Positions 14,801 to 27,628 of a DNA stretch of 64,000 nt are shown one piece after another. The stretch comes from Trichoplax adhaerens (Eukaryota; Animalia; Placozoa): positions 1,104,106 to 1,168,105 of the forward strand of contig NW_002060950.1 in NCBI RefSeq assembly GCF_000150275.1, written 5' to 3'. The notes under the pieces are model-generated. The model had not been told where the DNA came from. It ran no database searches and worked only from the letters and a program-made list of their open reading frames with translations. Within the stretch, counting starts at the first letter, position 1. Every line of letters starts with the position of its first letter. The position numbers and the translations under genes were made by a program.

Positions 14801-15645
14801 TTTCTCTAATTTTTTTATTTGTCTTAATATTAAAATAGGCCATCCCTATGTCTAAGAACGATTTAAGATCTATAAGTAAGCTATTGCCAGGCATTCTATT
14901 GGTTAACCGTTTTATTTTATGTTATCGAATACGCATTAATGAATTAATTTGAATTAATTTAAGCTCATCGGAAATCAGTGATGACAAGATTTAATGAATT
15001 AAAACGGCGTCGACGACATATAAAGAGTGGTATAGTGACAATAATATTGAATTTGTTATCTACGTTTAACTAGGGCATAATATTTAATTTACTCTGTTTA
15101 CAGGTCACTGTGCATCGTGTGATTCATCTTTCTCGAAGATGCTGATTCGCCGGGTAAGTAAAAATTTGTCTGCAGTACACTAGCATTAAGAAAATACCAT
15201 TGGAGTGCAATATTAAAGTACACAAAAGTAGCTATCATAAGAAAACCGTTACGCTTATTTCTTCAGCAATACTGTAGAGCATGTGGTGACAGTTTTTGTT
15301 CTCGATGTTGCTCAATGAAAGTTCCACGCGCGGTTTTTGGAGCGACAGGTAAGAGGCAATGGGTATTTACTGGCGATACTTTGTAAAGTTGACCGCGAAG
15401 TCGCGATTTTTCTGCGAGACACTCGAGATATTTTACGCGTATTGCAAATCACTCAAAATTGACAAAATTCTCTTTCCTTTCCGTAATTTATAATAGCTCC
15501 TGCTGCATACGTTGAAACCGTTTTGGTATGCAATTCATGCTATGCTGATCTAAAAGATACACTTTTACAAGTTCAAGCTGCTGCTAACCGTCAGAATATT
15601 ACCGATGCGTCTGCATTCAGCCATAGCAGCAATGTCAATACTTAG
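11839..15645 (+). CDS. ZFYVE27: Protrudin (TM/hairpin segments, acidic region, C-terminal atypical FYVE finger), multi-exon
   Basis: Exon 11839-11963 MAPVEQIERKIELAVLVDNYKKVKRFLRPL; 12839-12897 WKSGLRSLIALLLL; hydrophobic exons at ~13187 and ~14219. FYVE exons at ~15103-15645 read HCASCDSSFSKMLIRR/QYCRACGDSFCSRCCSMKVPRAVFGATA/PAAYVETVLVCNSCY, matching the protrudin signature FCSRCCSFKVP...GATAP...ETVFVC. Probable 5'UTR intron 11750-11826. Confidence 0.9.
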
Positions 15646-16912
15646 TATTCTAGTGGAAGACTGTTCTTATCTCGTGAATTTAAAACAAGCCAATGAAAAG
15701 CGAATTTTTTATACAGTAAGCAGAGCCCTAATATAGACAAGAACTTTAAATTTAAACTTTTGGTATGAAGGCACTTTCATTTTCGCGCGACAGCTCAGCA
15801 ATAGCTTTATTATTATCTAGTTTGCGATATTACGTGAATGTACAGTACATATCTACAGAATTATTACCTAAATTCTACTGTATTATATTGTGTTATGGCT
15901 ATATTTTTTTCATATAATTTAAAAGATTAGGCAAGTTTAGATTCGGATTCTATTATTTAGCCTTACACATATTATTGTATTGTGATATAACTCTCTAAAG
16001 AGCTTTTACAACATTACGAACAGTTGGATGACGTAGTCACTCATTGCTGTAAATGACAAATCGCTAATGGCGTAGATATGATTAGTATACACAACGCTAA
16101 AGGGAAGAGACAACATAGAATTTTACTACTCACTATATCGATTATCTTGGAAAGAATATAGAAAATTAACTATAAATCATGCGATTGTTATAATTCATTT
16201 TATTAAAGAAATTTAAATCAAATATTGTTGAATTCTATATTGCATGCTAAAATTTCGCTATTGATAGAATACATCTTCGTGTCTCTAAATCCTCATATAG
16301 ATGCAAAGATGTAGATAACTATGAAGTGTATTCTAGACAACTGTACAAGTTTTCGATAACACGCAGATTATAATTATTAATTATGAAGATAAAAAATGCA
16401 ATTTACTGTCAATACTCGGCTATGACTGGTAAAAAGATATGTACTTATTTTCATCAAAGGATTATCTATATGTATGTATAATAAACTGATAACGCTACAT
16501 CTTGCTTTGAAATTCGTACAATTCTGTTGGGCAATACGATCTATGATTTGATTGCTGAACAAAATTTGATACAGATACGCATACAATGCGACCTGATATC
16601 GAAAAGATGTAGGCAAATAATATAATCCTTGATAAAAACTATACTATCACTGTCGTCAGAACCGCGTAACTTATCATGTTATAGAATTAATCAAAATTTA
16701 CCGAATTTACTGCTTTGGCAATGGCATAATCCAAATAGTAAAACAGAACTGTGATAGTAGCTATTACAACATAGATTAGTATTGCATCACAAAGTATAGT
16801 TTGGGCTGAAGAAATACCGAACCTGAATATATAACTTACAATCAATTAGTTAAATTATAGGAAATGTTCCTATCAAATTTCAAGACTTTTATATTTGATT
16901 AGGCTAGCGAGA

Positions 16913-19900
16913 CTAATAAAATCTCTTTTTCGCATTGGTTTGTTGCCTCTTAACCAAGAAAAATACGATACCACCACAGACGATAAGCAATATCAGGAAC
17001 ATGAATATAGTCGACATTGATTTACGTTGAAATACACCAACAGGTTTATCTTGCGTCCTCTCTGCATTTGTTACAAGTGATAAAGTAACGGTAAATTAGT
17101 TCTAGCAGAGACATCATATCAGAATTGTTCAGATTAAAAAGACTGTTTAGACCAATAACAATCAATTGATTTCAAAGATAGTCAATCCTAAAATGGTTAG
17201 CTACAGCGGCCTAAGTCACACTTTAGCTTAGATGTTATCTGTTACATAAAGTGTACTGTATATTATCGTTAGGCATCACTGCTCTACTACTCACCTCGAG
17301 GAGCTTCTGCAGTCTTGGCGTGCGGTACTAAATTTAATAGAGCAGTGTCGCTAATATCGGAAGTCTCATCAGCGGGTAATTCAAACACTTTAAATGTCAG
17401 AATATCATGGTTGTCTAAGCCAAAGAGGAAAATAATCATCAGCCTAAAGGTAGCAGAACAGGAGCATGAATACTGCATCACTAAAACAAGCAACTTATCT
17501 TACCAGCTAAGTCCCCGGTAGCTGCGGAAATCCCAAAAAAGTAACCCAGTGGCAAAAAAACCTCATCAGCATCGAAACACTGACGCCATTCTCCGTTACC
17601 ATCGATATCAAGTTTTGCCTATAACAGAGTTGAATATCACTTTAACGTGCGCTTAGAATAAAAAATTGATCTTAAAGCCATTGATGTAATATTAAAATGC
17701 TGCATTAATTTTAATTAAAATAGTTAACATCCAAAACTTACCGTTAATCGATTGTTAACAAAGCGGATAGATGCAAAAGTATCATGTTCTCTACCGCGGA
17801 ATGGAGCCTACGATATATTTGTGCAATTATTTTGTTGTACATGTCAAACGATAAATCAAATTATTGTATATATCCAAGTATTACCGAACATCCAGCGATC
17901 TGAATGTGCGTTCCATCATAGTCGTGATCGTAGCTCATGGAGCCGTTATTGACAACTGCCGAAACATAGGGGTGAACGTGCTAAAATGCAATGAATAACA
18001 ATTATTGTATGGTAGCTAGGACTGGGCTATTATCATGTCATCATTACAAAGTCATATGGGTATTAAACACATTAAATATCATGTCATTTTAAGAATGAAT
18101 CAATTTCTGGAAGTTTCTTACTAATCATATTTGTACTTACGGCATGTTCACCATTTTGGTTGCTGTAAGTATCGAAGAAAATGGCTAGGCCACTAAAGGG
18201 ATCTTTACTACCGAAAACTTTGCCTACATGCGATAAAAGACAAACGTCAATGAAGTATATCATCATCAATATATCACAAATAGCAATGATATGAAATCGT
18301 CATAGTAACAGTCATTAGTATATATATATATATATATACCCATTTCGTTTCTACCCTTTGTGAGCCAAAACGCAAATCCATCGCCATACAAATCAACACC
18401 ATTACCATGAACTTTAAAGTGAATTAAAACTTCCCAATTGCGGAGCATGCATGGCTAATAACGATAAATAAACGAGATCAGCCTTCTATCTATATTTTGC
18501 TTACTGCTATCAAAAATTGCCTTATAACTGCGATATTCTTGTCAGGAGGACAGTTTGACAAGACAGTGTAATACTTGCACTCCGGATGTGAAATATCTAG
18601 CATTATGAGTTGCTGAATTTCAGTTAATTATTGAAATACTTGAATTTTTTTATCAATAGATTAAATTAGTATATACCCGAACTCGTACTTATTCTTATGT
18701 ATGCTTTAATATGAGTAAAAAAGTTTATGGTCGATCATCGTACGATTTATTTAGTATACTGATAAACATCTAAAGTCATGCACGATAAATTTACCATCTG
18801 GCAAAAGGAAAATTTTCCAAAACTGGCATAGGGCAGTGAATAACAATGTAATTGATTACTGTGCTATTATCAGAGTGATATCAGTTTTTAAGCAGTAGCA
18901 GTTATAATAAATTTGTTATAATACGCGTAGAAATGGAGTCGTCACCAAAATTTAAAATTAGGCTTCCATAATAAAACGTCACGATCAAAAGGTAAATGAA
19001 AACTTACTATTCTATTCCAAATTGCGCCAGCTTTACTTTGATGATCAGGTGTTAATCGGATATGGGTGCCAGTAACAATAGTACTTCCAGTAAAGTCCCA
19101 AAGTTCAGCTCCAACACCTAATTAATGAAGCAGGGTATTATAAAGAAAGTAGATACGCTAAGTTGAATAAAGGTAAAGTTAACAGTTTATTATTTTAGTC
19201 GTTCGATCGGTTTCATGTCGAATGGATACAACATGACGTAGTTTGTCAATATCTTGTGTATGAAGATAAAAAGTTAACGTTAATAGCTTTGTTACTTTGT
19301 TATTGATCAACTGAACATATTGACACGTTATGCTTGGTAAAAAAGATGCTATATCATCATATCTGAAGGTATTACGCTCCAATTATTGATGAAAATGGAA
19401 ACACTGTAGCAATTTTCCCTTTTTTTTGCAATGAGCAAATAAGATAACGACTACTGTTTCGGCATAGCATTCTACTAGCCGTTACCAATTCCTAGTCTTC
19501 CATATTAGGCCAGTCCGCGCAGATACAGAGTGCGTTGTTAATTAATTCAAGTCCACAATGAAGTGAACAAAGCTACCCGCACAACAGTTGATCGAAGTTT
19601 ATTAATCATTACTTGGTATTACTTCATTAATTAGTTGATAGCCAGTCTACCACAACAATGAAATTGAATGTTTTCAAACTTACAAACCATTTTAATCCTT
19701 AAAGAAAGCCTTTTTTTTAAAGATTAAGATTTAATATGGGCGCATTGACTGACAATGTTAAAGGATTAGCATTGTATGGAGTAATTTTAACGTACAGTAC
19801 TGGCATAGGTACTGTATTGGCAGGAAATAGTACGGATAAAGTAGACGATAGAATCCACTATTGGGTCATTTCAGGGGCTAATGCATAGTAGGCCTAGGAA

Positions 19901-21324
19901 ATGATGTACGCATCTACTCGTACCGTGGCCGTACGTGGAAGTAAATACAGGACTACGGAGATTTGAAGATCCCTTGTTTTGTACGATCAGCAGTATTGAG
20001 CATGGTTTACATACAAGTCGTCCTATGCTATATTTGTCAGAGTGTTATTTGGATGAATTAATCCCAATTTCATAGTCAGTAAGGTTATCCAAATACTGCG
20101 TTTATTTGCCTAAATCAACATCAATGGATCAATAAGGAAATGCATCGTCAGAATGAATGAAAGGTATCTAATTCAGCCATTCCAGACAGTCATGGAGTTG
20201 ATATTAATTATCAGGTACACTGTTGTGTACCTGCATAACAGTGAATTATTCACGTTTACAATATTGGATCAACTTTTAATTGCAATATTTCGCAGTTCAT
20301 AAAGTAAAGATTAGCCACGTTATAACATAAAGAGGAGATTCTTTAGGAAAGACGGCCAACTCGACATTGTACTTTGCATTGTTGGCCACCATTGGCACAG
20401 GATGGCCATTCTTTGAAGACTGTATTTTCGTGCGTGCATAGGCACGAGTACAGCATGGCGTCGACCGGCATACTGTAGTACATTGTACAATTATTGCAGT
20501 GTTCCAGTCAAGTCTACCAACAGTTGAGATTTTTGTCTGGTAGTCATTTTCTGTCCAAGTCCGTCTACTGTACTGCATACATTAGTATGTAGAGCAAGAG
20601 TTTGGAATGAATTGAATTGGATGGATTGCGCTTTCAGTATGTTAGGCCAGTGAAAACGCCGATATTTCTGAAAGGATTTTGAAACGATTGAGCAATACCC
20701 TGTCCAGAGAGCGTCTAGTTGATACTGTATTTCCAATCAGGCTTAGCCCTATTTCATTGGAAACTAGAATACGAGTAGGCTATCCAGCCAAATGAGTACA
20801 GTGGGCAATTGCTTTCAGAAAGGTAGTGGAAATTGACTGTCCATTGAACGTCTATACTCGTATAATACGTGCACGCAAAGTATTCTACAGTACACTACTG
20901 AATTATTTTGGGGTTGGTTTATTTGGATTCGTTGTCGAAGTCGATGATGTTACGACAGACCTACTATGGCGATTAATAAACAGGCTGGACTGAAATTTCA
21001 TCCACTATCCATATTGGATTTTATCCTATGACCTACTTAAGCAATACTATCAATATAGAAAAAGCCCCTATGCTATGGAAATGGTTCAGTTTAAAGGGCT
21101 TACTGCAAGAGTGATGAAGGCTATGTAGGCTCCATTTTCAATTTGATCAATCAATCAATGAGAGGTGGTCGACCGTATACTAGTACTGTACCTTGAAAAG
21201 GGCGAACCAAGGTGTGCTCTCTTTTGAGGAAGCCTTCAGCTCCTGGTTCCAAAGATTGTTCATCGTTGCATGTGACGATAGGCCAGCAGAATAAAGCAAA
21301 GGTAAGATAGAGTAAGATTTCCAT
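16913..21324 (-). CDS. LMAN2: VIP36-like L-type lectin cargo receptor (LMAN2/LMAN2L), multi-exon
   Basis: Exon 1 (~21192-21324): signal peptide then FLKREHTLVRPFQ. Further exons: WDFTGST...RLTPDHQSKAGAIWN; NWEVLIHFKVHG...GDGFAFW; FSGLAIFFDTYSN; YDHDYDG; LPLGYFFGISAATGDL; DNHDI; then a TM segment and C-terminal KKRFY-stop. Confidence 0.95.
18318..18338. repeat. (TA)n microsatellite in an LMAN2 intron
   Basis: About ten TA units adjacent to the splice donor. Confidence 0.8.
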
Positions 21325-21508
21325 CTTGGATTTGTACAGCGAGCGGTAGCTGTCAAGATGTCGTCAGAACCGATCAAGATGAAAAGTCAATGCGTCTGAT
21401 GTTCAACTGAACACGACAATGAATGCAGCGTGTGACTCGTCAGCGTCAACTTGAACAAACGACCACCAAAAGAGTCAAGGTGTTGCCGTCTCAGGCGAAT
21501 GGATGATG

Positions 21509-22640
21509 TCCAGTAGAGTACGCTATAGACCAGTACCACGTAAAATAGTGTACAGTACTGTACTGTACTGTACAACTGTCTGACAGGATAGTTGTACTGT
21601 AGACTTCAGTACAGACAGTTTACTGTACTGTACAGTACTGTACAGTACGTAATGTACATTGTACAGTGTACAGTACTATGCTGTACTGTAGACAACCTGT
21701 CATTTATACTGTACTGTACTGTAGAGAATTGAAAGCTTTTACACACGGCCGTGCCATTTGTACAGTACTTTACAGTCCAGTACAGTACTGTAGAGTAGAG
21801 TACGCTACTGACCAGTACAGTACCATGTAAAATAGCGTACTGTAGAACTGTTTGGCAGGATACAGTAGTTGCAGACTTCAGTACAGACAGTTTACTGTAC
21901 TGTACTGTACTGTACTGTACACTAGTGTACAGTACTATGCTGTACTGTAGACAACCTGTCATTTGTACTGTACTGTACTGTAGAGAATTGAAAGCTTTTA
22001 CACACGACCGTGCCATTTGCACTTTACAGTCCAGTACTGTACAGTACGTACTGTACTGTACTGTACTGTACTGTACTGTACTGTACAGTACTGTATGTAC
22101 TACACTGTACAGTACAGTGTACAGTACTATGCTGTACTGTGGACAACCTGTAATTTGTACTGTACAGAATTGAAAGCATTTTACGCACGACCGTGCCATT
22201 CGTATTATACAGTCCATTACACTATATGGAAAATTATACAGTACTCCAATTATTCAGAATAATTAAGGAATGAATACCATTTACTACCATTTACTACTAA
22301 TTAAGACCATTTACTAATGAATACCATTCGTACAGTACTGTACTATGCTGTACAGTGTACAGTGTACAGTATTACAGTACAGAACCTGTAATTTGTATTC
22401 AAAGCTTTTCCATACTGTACTGTACTGTACTGTACTGTAAGGAAAGCTTTGACACACGACTAGTGTATTGTAACCCCACTACGACTAAACATTTAATCCG
22501 ATTGAAAGCGCTACATAAAATCCGAATCCGATCCGAAATCCGATTTTACAGTACAAAGTATTATAGTTTACAGTACAAAGTTATATTAGTTTACAGTACA
22601 AAGTTAAATAGTTTACAGTAATGTGCTGTACTGTAGTACT
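21509..22640. repeat. (TACTG/CAGTA)n pentamer-rich compound array with a ~190-260 bp higher-order unit, in the LMAN2/UVSSA divergent intergenic region
   Basis: Long TACTG runs (e.g. 22049-22085). Unit core GACAACCTGT...GAATTGAAAGC...CACGRCCGTGCCATT at 21691, 21950, 22142, with a degenerate copy near 22381. A ~22 bp minirepeat TAGTTTACAGTACAAAG lies at 22545-22620. Confidence 0.92.
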
Positions 22641-22912
22641 TTATCTTAATTTGGAATTTTCGGATTTAGTCGGATTAAACGAATCTGTTTTGCCTCGATT
22701 GGAATTCAGCAAAGAGGCAGTTCCAATTCTGAATCCGCTCACTCCTCGAAAATACAATTTGCCCCAATAAAACGACTTGCACAGTTGATTTCCTTGCTCA
22801 GTGGGTACCATCAGTTTCACAACTACTGATCAAGGATGGCTCATTGAGGAAGGAATGAGCTTACAACTCGTATCTACTGGAAGCGTATTTTGTTCAACGC
22901 GTAGCGTTAAGC

Positions 22913-25900
22913 ATGGATGATCAACTCGTCGATATCACTTTATGTCAACAACTTAGCCAGTTAATTACTCAAGTAACAGAGTCGGGCCAGGCTAAACTAG
23001 ACGAGAAAGCAAGCAAAGAGATTAAGAAATTATGTCGGTTAGTCCATACATGCCTGTCATTGATACAGTCTTGCTACAGTACAATCAACCATTCCGTCTA
23101 TCGTAGGACAATCATTCCATGATTGCAAATCCATTTTGCTCACTCGCTATCCATGACAACAACCAATTCACTTTACTAGTATAGTCATGATCTATGGTGT
23201 CTCCTCCTCTAATCAAAATTGGACCAGTTGTAGGATGCATCATACTGTCCATGGTACAATGGACATGTCTTCATCTTATACTTTGCGTCCTTGCCGATCG
23301 TGAAAGATGCGCCAATAAAAGATGAACATCGCTTATATAGCAATGACACTAGTCTAGACGAGCTTGGTCAACGATCATGATTCGCCTAGTCAGCGAATAA
23401 ACTGTATATTAGTATAGGATATTGTTCTGCAGTTTGTATTTGTAATCAACATACAATAAAATATTGCTTTTTAAGTCAGCAACGACATGAACCTGGCCAT
23501 CTATCGACGTCATGTGTCAATAGGGCCATTTCTCGCCGTACTATTTATTAAACATGATGTATTTTTCAAAATATTGCAGTATATCCGATGGCTACATCAA
23601 GCAAGCCTATCATCGACTGATGACTCAACTAGCTAAAGATCATGCTGAGATCCGCTTATCTGCCGTGCAAGTTATAGATGAACTATTCATGCGCTCACAT
23701 ACATTTCGAGAAGCACTTTTGAACGATTTCAATCAGTTTCTTGATCTTACTGTGGAAACCAATCTTAAAATGCCCCTTCCACCTCCACAAACAGTAGCTA
23801 GAAATTTGAAAAGACTAACGTTAGAAGCCATGCGACGATGGCATCAACAATTTGGTAAAGGTTACCGAAAGTTGCAACTCGGATATGTATTCTTAAAAGA
23901 GAAGAAACATGTTAGTAGATTTAAAATAAGTATTACGATGATACGTTACACTAGCAGAATCAATCAATTGCTTCGTAACCAAGATGGTTTAACAACAATA
24001 TCTTACGCGTATACTGCATTATTTTAACTCAACTACTGTAGTAGATGCAGAAATACAATACAATCACACACTCTTGCAGTTTTGCAAGCCTATTAATACT
24101 TCTCGCCTTCTATCGCAGATTGATTTCGAAGATATCTATGCTAGATCTTTAATTGAGCGCCAAGAAGAGGAAAGGAAAAAGAAAAAGGCAGAAGAATTAG
24201 CTACAAGAAAGCGAGAATGTGTATGCAAGAGCATGGAAGGTAAAAGTAGATTGATGTAAATTAGAAATTCCCTACACTAAATGTGATGTAATTGATTTTA
24301 AACTTTTCCAATCCAACAATACCTAGAATTTGTACCTGATATTCAAAGGATATTAACAGAAATGATGACATGTTTCGAGTTACTGATACCTTCTTACCGT
24401 CACCATACTGACGATGATTTGTCCAAAGTAACTGAAAAAACTGATCAGGCAAGCATTGCTAATAAGAATGACCATCTTACCAATAATAATCAAAATAATG
24501 AAGAAATTTCTGATGCAAAGGGAGAAGAAAAACCGTTATTGGACTCCGCACTTCACCATACTTCAAATCAAACGTTGAGCAAAGGTAAACGTGGCTAATG
24601 TCAAACAGTTCTCTTGATTTTGATAATCGATATCTTCCATTCTGACGTAATGGTATCCTTTTATAGCTGATGAAAACCTTAGAGAACACGGAATGCTGTC
24701 CCATAGTCATAACGTTGTTGTCGTAATTGATCAAGATAATATAATGCAGATTCGTGAAAATGCCGATAACTGTGATATTTTGGATTTATTAAACGATTCA
24801 CAGAAGTTGCTTAAACACAAATACTTACTTATGGTTAACAAATGGTTAGATGTAAGTCCATTTAAATTAAAAGTCATGATGCTACGTAAAGTTCTTTACT
24901 TTGATTAGTTTATTCATGCAATATGGAGTAGCTAGTTAGCTAGGCTAAAGGTCATTTGGAATAATACTCGTATATACTATCCATCTTTGGTATTAGATGA
25001 TGACCAAAGCTCAAGGAGATCAAGATTCACTGTACAAAATTATCGATATCAGGGATGAAATCACTCAAACTCTGGACAAGTTTAGCAAATTAACGATAAT
25101 TCCTATGTCTCCTATTAGTAAAAAGTTACTAAAAAATAATGTTGCAGTTGAGGAAGGTAAGATTTGCCTTAGAGTACAAGCAAAGACTTCTTAACCCTTA
25201 GAGTAAAAACCAAACTGATTCTTAATCTAACAAATAAATAGACGAAGATTCATCAGATGAATTTATTGAAGTGGAAGAGCAAGCAAATAGCGACAATGAC
25301 GAGGACATTTTTGGAGAATCTTTGGATTTAGATAGTGAGAATTTTTGTGACGAAAATACTGCCTGTTACACTAGTCTAATAACATTGACGCACGATTAGA
25401 CGCATCTTCAATTGAACAGCTGACTTCCTTTTTAAAAATACTTAGATGATAATGCTGACTTGGAAAATTTCAAAATGAGGGCGTCCAAGTAAAGTTAAAA
25501 TGATCTCTTGCGCTTGAGTTAGACTATAAGAATACTATGTCATGCATTAAGGCTTATATCATTAACTTATTACTGTAGCGAGAATGAAAACACTTTTGAG
25601 CAGCAAAAGTTACGAAAGCGGCGAGAACTTCTTGCTGTGGCTCCCGTTATTCCATTTGGTATAGATCTTTATCATTGGGAGGACAAAGATAGTGAAATTC
25701 CTCGAATAGAAAAGTATAAATATGATTTAGCTGATGCGTTGCATACAAGCTGCATTACATTTCAGTTAATTAGTACTAATACTCTCATTTATGATCGCAG
25801 TAAAAATACTTCTCAACACCAATTTTGGTTTAACAGCAACGAGGATGACGTTGATATTCCAGAGGTAATCTCTTTTATGGAGAAGATGTTTTTATTACTA

Positions 25901-26882
25901 ATTTTTAAAAATTGTATTCGTATCATAAACTGTCGTTTTTAGGACGAATTAGCAGCTGCAGTGCGAGCTCGCATGTTCACATTTCCTATCAAATACGAAC
26001 CTATAAAATGGATGTGTCGAGCCTTACTCCCGAATGGAAAATTATGCCAGAGGCGCGATAGATTTAAGGCAAGATATCATTTTTTCCTTATTTGTAGTTT
26101 GTACTAACTAAATGAGTCTCTTCTTTAACTTAACTTAATAGATGATTTGTAAAAAATGTAATTGTATATATATATATAGTGTCCTTTTCACGGCATTATA
26201 ATTCCCCGCAATGCGAAAGGACAACCTGTCAATCCTGATGGAAGTGTCAAAAAGGACTCCTTAACAGAAGCATCAGCAACTCGAGGTACTGCTTTACACT
26301 GTTGAAGATGTTAAATTAATTTCTTAGTATAGCCTGTAGCAAATATGATAAATAGCAACTACTGTTAATAGAATGAATTTATCCAATGTATTCGCATTTG
26401 CAGAAAGTCAAGCAGGACCTTCTTGGAAAGATATTCAGGAAGAAATTGAAGCTGGCACTGGAATAACTTTTACAAAACCTGGGAAAAAGCGAAAAGGTTG
26501 TCATCAAATTGCTGAGATATCATTTATTGCATGGATATCATGGTACATTAGTAGTAACTCTGAATAAGAGTGACTCATTAGCACTGTCATTTCCGAAATT
26601 AGGAACCAAAAGGAAAAGTAAATCTAATTTAACTAATCTTAAGGAAGCAAAAAATACTTCTCGCTATCGTCTAGAGGATAAAATATTTAAGCCGTAAGTA
26701 GCTCGTTCGTGCTGATTTCACCAACTGCGTCAAATTCTGTGCTCTAACGAATAATATTGTCTGATACTCATACCACCCACAGTTCAGTCGTAAAGAAAAT
26801 GAAGAAAGCGCAAATAGACGAAATGCAAAGGAAAGCTCATGATAAATTTATGCATAATTGGAATTATTCTCTTCGGAAATGA
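22913..26882 (+). CDS. UVSSA: UV-stimulated scaffold protein A (transcription-coupled repair), multi-exon
   Basis: VHS-like N-terminus LSQLITQVTESG...IKKLCR, HAEIRLSAVQVIDELFMRSHTFR, PLPPP, YRKLQLGYVFLK; APVIPFGIDLYHW; zinc finger CRALLPNGKLCQRRDRFK/CPFHGIIIPR; C-terminus DKFMHNWNYSLRK-stop at 26880-26882. Confidence 0.95.
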
Positions 26883-27628
26883 TTCGGTTTAATTGATTTC
26901 TATGACCAATCACAAAGATATCCAAGTATATCATTATGACTGTAAATTAGACTGCAGGCCGTGTAACATTAATTTATCATGCGTAATAAATTATAAATTT
27001 CGTATGTGCAATCTCTACTGGTTACCGGTAACTTACAGCTATTGGCCTGTTGCTAATGTAACCACGCCGATATACAGTATTATAGGGATTAGATTACTAT
27101 CTGCAAATTCTAATTTGAACTGCTGATTAACTACTAATTACTAAATAATTGACAATTCTGATTTGCATGATGTGCATTTGTGCAGATCTTTTATTGATGA
27201 ACTTTCCATTATAGATATATATAATTTACAAATGGAAATTTTGCATGTATATCACATTAACGACCATGTAATATTCATTTTGCTTCTTGTATGTAAATAA
27301 AATGGATTAAAAAAGTAAGATTTTATTGACTCTAGTGCTTATTATGTCTACTGCACACATGCCTGCGGCATATAATTATAACTGATTTCAATTTAGACTT
27401 GCTATACGCATTATTAAGTGTGCGTCTAATATATGATCGACGTGCCCAGCCCGAGAACAATAGACTATTTTTTTAATATTCGCCCTGGTGATAATAATTA
27501 ATAAGCGGCAGTAGTAAAACGGCATTAGCACCTTTCATAATCGAGAAAATAAAATTAATCTGCAAGAATTAGTGATATTCTGTTTTATAATTGATCAACT
27601 GCGCCATTAAATCGAAGTTCAGAGAATC

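Noticed and set aside
21387-22621. ORFs rich in YSTVQ/TVLYC pentapeptides (e.g. 203 aa at 21606-22217)
   Set aside because: They are translations of the stop-free TACTG repeat, open on both strands; no evidence of a real protein.
21509-22640. CRISPR-like repeat/spacer appearance
   Set aside because: Eukaryotic context, no cas genes, no constant repeat with unique spacers; it is a compound tandem repeat.
27455-27475. AATAGACTATT mini-palindrome as a possible transposon terminus
   Set aside because: Too short, and no matching inverted partner was found beyond either transposase copy, so TIRs are not supported.
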